Shown one piece after another: positions 60,223 to 64,000 of a DNA stretch of 64,000 nucleotides. The translations under genes were made by a program, and so were the position numbers. Source of the DNA: an uncultured Solirubrobacterales bacterium. GTDB taxonomy: Bacteria > Actinomycetota > Thermoleophilia > Solirubrobacterales > Solirubrobacteraceae. The stretch spans positions 20,968 to 84,967 of the forward strand of contig CAWIII010000039.1 of the NCBI GenBank assembly GCA_963836065.1. Direction: 5' to 3'. The notes under the pieces are model-generated. The model had not been told where the DNA came from and searched no databases. It was given only the letters and a program-made list of their open reading frames with translations. Numbering within the stretch: the stretch's first letter is position 1; each line of letters begins with the position of its first letter.

Positions 60223-60948
60223 TCAGCGTGTCCCGGGATGCTCCTCAGCGGGCGGCTGAGCGTTCCGAGCCGGTTCGGCCCGAGGTAGCACCGCCGTCGG
60301 ATCGTGCTCGGGCGTACGGCCTGCTGCCGCCGCCCACAGCTCAGCCACCGCCTGTGACTCTGCCGCCAGCTGGGGCTGGGCCGCCTCCAACTCGAGCGCC
60401 TCTTCGGCCGTATCAGCCTGAGCCGTGACTTCCGGCTCGTCGGGTGGGAAGCGCTCGGTCGCGGCGTCCGCCAGCGCGATAAGCTGGCCCGCGAACTCGC
60501 GCGCGTCGTCTACGAGCCGCAGCCGCTCGGCGGAGATCCGCTCGGCCTCGGCGTCCAAGTGCCTTATCCGCTGCGCCGCCGCGGCGACGACCTGCGCAGC
60601 CTCCTGACGGGCGAGCTCAAGCCTGTCCTCAGCCTCTCGTCGCGACTGCGTTGTCATCTGCTCGGCCGTCTCGCGAGCGCGTTGAAGGACCCCCGAGATC
60701 TGCTCACCCACGCGCTCCAGGGCGCGATGAACGGCAGCCTCCGGCGAGCGTGTCGCCTCGAGCTCGGCCACTAGCTGGCTCATCCGCTTCACATAGGCGT
60801 CGACCGCAACGCGGTCATAGCCGCGCAGCGCGACCGGAAAATCGACATCGGCAGCAACCCGGACGGGATCGTCAGGGAGCCTCGTCGTGGGCACGGTGAT
60901 CTCCTGAAGGATCGCGTACTCCTCGGCAGCGGAACTCTGATCGGGCAT
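60223..60948 (-). CDS. DivIVA-domain protein
   Basis: DFPVALRGYDRVAVDAYV plus coiled coil and acidic tail. Confidence 0.82.
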   Translation of the reverse strand: MPDQSSAAEEYAILQEITVPTTRLPDDPVRVAADVDFPVALRGYDRVAVDAYVKRMSQLVAELEATRSPEAAVHRALERVGEQISGVLQRARETAEQMTTQSRREAEDRLELARQEAAQVVAAAAQRIRHLDAEAERISAERLRLVDDAREFAGQLIALADAATERFPPDEPEVTAQADTAEEALELEAAQPQLAAESQAVAELWAAAAGRTPEHDPTAVLPRAEPARNAQPPAEEHPGTR

Positions 60949-60964
60949 GCCCGGACACTACCCA

Positions 60965-61455
60965 GCCGCAGACCAGAGCGACTTCCGCCCGCGGGAATCC
61001 TCGAGCGTAGCGGCGGATCGTCTTCACGTGGCCGGCAGCGCCGAGCTCGCAGATCTCGATGGAAAGCAGGTGGCGCCTGTTGTCCCATGAGGCGAGCGAC
61101 CCCAGCACAGCGGAGGCCTGTTGAACATCGGGTTCGAGAAGATTCGGCGCCGCGCGCAGGCGCAGGCCGCCGAGAAGGTGATCGATCTCGAGCGGGAGAT
61201 CCCGAAGATGCGCGCGCTCGCGATCCGCCGATGGGACGAGGCCGAGAACGCGTTCGCGATCGCGCCGCACGCTAGGGCGAGGGGGATCGCTGAGACGGAG
61301 GCGTTCTGGGACTGGGCGGTGCTCGAGCTGCTGTTGCAAAGCGGGCTGCGGATCGAGGAGGCCAGCGAGCTGACCACGCTCGATGTGCTGCGCCGCCGCC
61401 ATCCGGACGGGCGGACCTACTACATGATGCACGTCAAGCCGTCGAAGTTCGACCG
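60965..61455 (+). pseudogene. Tyrosine recombinase internal fragment
   Basis: WAVLELLLQSGLRIEEASEL...VKPSKFDR. Confidence 0.7.
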
Positions 61456-61466
61456 GCTCGAGGAAC

Positions 61467-61830
61467 TCAAAAAAACGACGCCAACACGCACAACCGGTGA
61501 TTCACCGTCCTCGGCTGGCGCCCGAGCACCAGGCCATCCTCGCTCCCGTCCCTGAACGCGACGACGTACTCGCCGACGACCCGCCGATCGACATCGACCA
61601 GCCCGACCCCGCGCCGATCGATCCAACTCAGGAAATGCGCCAGCCCCAGCGCGTACGTCCGCTGCGTATACGACCCGCGGCCACAGCACGCCAACGACGC
61701 CCGGAACTCGCTCGCCTGGCCAGCCCCAAACCCCGGCCCGGTCACCACGAACCGCGAGCCCGACCGGCCGGCCGCACCCAGATCCACACCAACCGCGAAC
61801 GCTCCCGCCACGCCAACCAACCTCTCCCTC
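61467..61830 (-). pseudogene. Integrase SAM-like N-terminal fragment
   Basis: SYTQRTYALGLAHFLSW...PRTVNHRL.VLASFF. Confidence 0.7.
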
Positions 61831-61879
61831 GCCGCCGATGCACAAGCTACGTATCCGGTCGGTCGAATCACGAGACAAG

Positions 61880-62436
61880 CTCAGGACCAGGTCGCAGAGC
61901 TTCCCCCACCAGCCAAGCCGGTTCCTCTCGCCCCGGCGCCGAGCGCCGAGATCACGGGCGACAGCCACCAGGCTCTGATCACCCAGCTCATCGACCTCGC
62001 CGGCGAGATCAACTACACGGTCGAGTTCACCCACGCCGGCGCAGCGGACGGAACGTGTAACCGCAGGACGCGGCGAATCGCGGTTGCCGATCGCCTGGCG
62101 CCCAACCGACGGTTGGCCGCTTTGATCCATGAGCTTTCCCATGCCCTCGTCGGGCTCGAGCCAGACGCCAAGCTCACCTACGCCCAGGAAGAGATCGTCG
62201 TCGAATCGATCGCCTGGTCCTGCTGTCAGATGGTTGGCCTCGTCACGAGCACCAACAGCGTCCCCTACCTCGCCTCCTGGGCCGAGCAGGCCAGCCTCGA
62301 GGTCCTCGAGCAAACCGCCGCGATCACCGGCCGCCTAGCCCAGCGCATCGAAGACGCGCTACTCGCCGCGCCCGCTGCCGGCGAAGCCGACCACGAGCCG
62401 GCGCACCACAGTCCCGCCTCGCCGATCGCGGCCTAA
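61880..62436 (+). pseudogene. ArdC-like/zincin metallopeptidase C-terminal fragment
   Basis: LIHELSHAL (HExxH), YAQEEIVVES, SVPYLASW; no start. Confidence 0.6.
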
Positions 62437-63399
62437 CCCCACGAAAGGAGCAGCAATGTTCATCCGTTACGCGCTTGTATCCGCCGACGTCGACCAGGTC
62501 GCCGCCTACCTGCCCGACAACTACCGGGTGATCGGAAGCGTCGACGGCCAGACCGTGATCGCCGGGCGCGACGTCGCGGGCGAGCAGCTCATCGACGCGT
62601 CGCAGCCCAGAACGATCTGCCAACTCGATCAGCGCCTCGGCGCCCGCCCGGGCGCCGGGCCCGGGAGCACCGCCAAAGACGCGAGCGCGAGCTGCGCATC
62701 GACGAGCGTCAGCTTTCGCTCCAGAGCCAGACGGCAGCCCCACCGCGCCGCAGCGCGCGGGAACGTCCCGGGCTCGCGATCCAACAGCGCCGGCAGGATC
62801 GCCAGCGCGTCCGCCAGCCCAACCGGGCCCGGAAGCTCAGCCACAAGCGCGCGGTGCTTGCCCCGATCACCTGCGTGACCGACGGCAGCGGGATGTTCTT
62901 CGGACCCCCCGTTTGCAGATAGGTGCGCGCGAGCACGATCCGGAAATTGCTCGGATTGATGCTCTGCGCCTTCGCCGCCTCTCCATGCCGAGGGTCCGCC
63001 GTCCGCGCGGCCGCCGCCTCACCCCGGGCCGAAGCGCGCCCGAGCGCGACCCCCGGGGCTCCCCAGGCCAGCGCAGCCGCTGCAACTGCGAGCGCAACGA
63101 CGCGAACGGCAGCCATCCGAAGCAGCGACACCTCGACGGGACGCGTGTGGAGATTGTCGGCATGAGACCGCCCACGAACGTTCTTGGCTCGCGACCCGAG
63201 CACCCGCCACCCCAGATGGCACATCCCCGGCACCTCCATGAAACGGCATCCTTCAAACGGCTCGACCCGGCCGTTTGGCTCTCCGTCCCGATCGTGGTTG
63301 TCCTCACGTTCCGGATTGCGCCCGCAGCCGCTTTGGGTAGCCTGTTCGTGTCCGGTACCTACGGCGTCAGGGGCTCGAGGGGAAGCGCCCGTGGGGATC

Positions 63400-64000
63400 A
63401 TGAAGATGCAAGTGGTGGAGCTGAGGGCCCAGCGCTTGGACGCAGGGCTGGTCGGAAGCGAGCACATCGTCGAGGCGTGGCGCGAGGCCACCGGCTCGGC
63501 CTTCGATTGCGCGCCGCTGGCACCCGAGGCTTTCGACGCTTCGATGATCGCGTACAACCTCGACGGCCTGATCGTGAGCCGTGTCCGCTTCGACGACTCG
63601 TGCTTCACGCGGACGGGCTCGATGCTCCGCGACGACGGGACCGACTGCGTTGCGATCTGGCACTACCTCTCGGGAACGATCCGTGGTCGTGTCGGCGACC
63701 ACGAGTTGTACATGGCACCCGACCGGATCGCCTTCCAGGACCTCGGCGTGCCCTGCGCAGGGGTGGCCGGGGCCTCCGAGGTGCTGAGCGTCGCGATCCC
63801 GAGAGATCGCATTGTGAGCTCCAACCGGCTTCGGACTCGACGGCCGATCTGCTCGTTACCGCTGAGCACGGCGCGCGGGTCACTCCTCGCCGCGGCGCTG
63901 CGGGAGCTTTGGGACGGGCTCAGCACCGGGCGCGTGCACGAGCCGGCCACCGTCGCGGGCGCGTTTCTCGGTCTCGTCAACGGGCTCATCGACCACGACG
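63400..64000 (+). CDS. Probable AraC-family regulator, ligand-binding domain (runs off window end)
   Basis: Open frame EAWRE...FD...LDGLIVSRV...R......DG.D...FQDL.VP...LSVAIPRD; HTH beyond window. Confidence 0.6.
   Translation, partial: MKMQVVELRAQRLDAGLVGSEHIVEAWREATGSAFDCAPLAPEAFDASMIAYNLDGLIVSRVRFDDSCFTRTGSMLRDDGTDCVAIWHYLSGTIRGRVGDHELYMAPDRIAFQDLGVPCAGVAGASEVLSVAIPRDRIVSSNRLRTRRPICSLPLSTARGSLLAAALRELWDGLSTGRVHEPATVAGAFLGLVNGLIDHD

Noticed and set aside
62456-63120. 299-aa and 140-aa ORFs near the window end
   Set aside because: Look like joins of unrelated fragments (small plasmid-type ORF, helical hypothetical, signal-peptide stub); no supportable product

Overview
GC-rich actinobacterial DNA; gene content and protein style suggest Thermoleophilia/Solirubrobacterales (inference). 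Bases 1-16.6 kb are intact chromosome: nusG-secE-rpmG, a tandem HtrA-like pair, a seven-gene heme-copper oxidase operon, fadAB-tetR and a c-di-AMP riboswitch ahead of a peptidoglycan-binding/M23 gene. The oxidase operon is unusual: a leading cupredoxin, a subunit I with two extra N-terminal helices and no K-channel Lys, and a 49-aa microprotein. From 16.6 to 33 kb intact genes sit among many internally deleted pseudogenes, including a scrambled form I CO dehydrogenase cluster. The intact genes include a Dyp with an encapsulin-targeting tail but no encapsulin, a 14-aa-repeat microprotein and a CDGSH/ferredoxin/globin chimera. From 33 to 64 kb is a nested mobile region: IS1595, ISAzo13, IS110/IS256/Tn3 relics, an IS1595-type MITE with an 8-bp TSD, two inverted dif-like sites, an ERCC4-Lsr2 fusion and an extra mIHF. 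The best candidate for an undescribed system is a 5.5-kb element (39880-45422) with perfect 14-bp inverted ends. It encodes two tyrosine recombinases, a TnpC-like protein and a translationally coupled RecD2 helicase, and it appears to have integrated into the palindromic site of another recombinase. All calls are by eye from motifs; no database searches were run.
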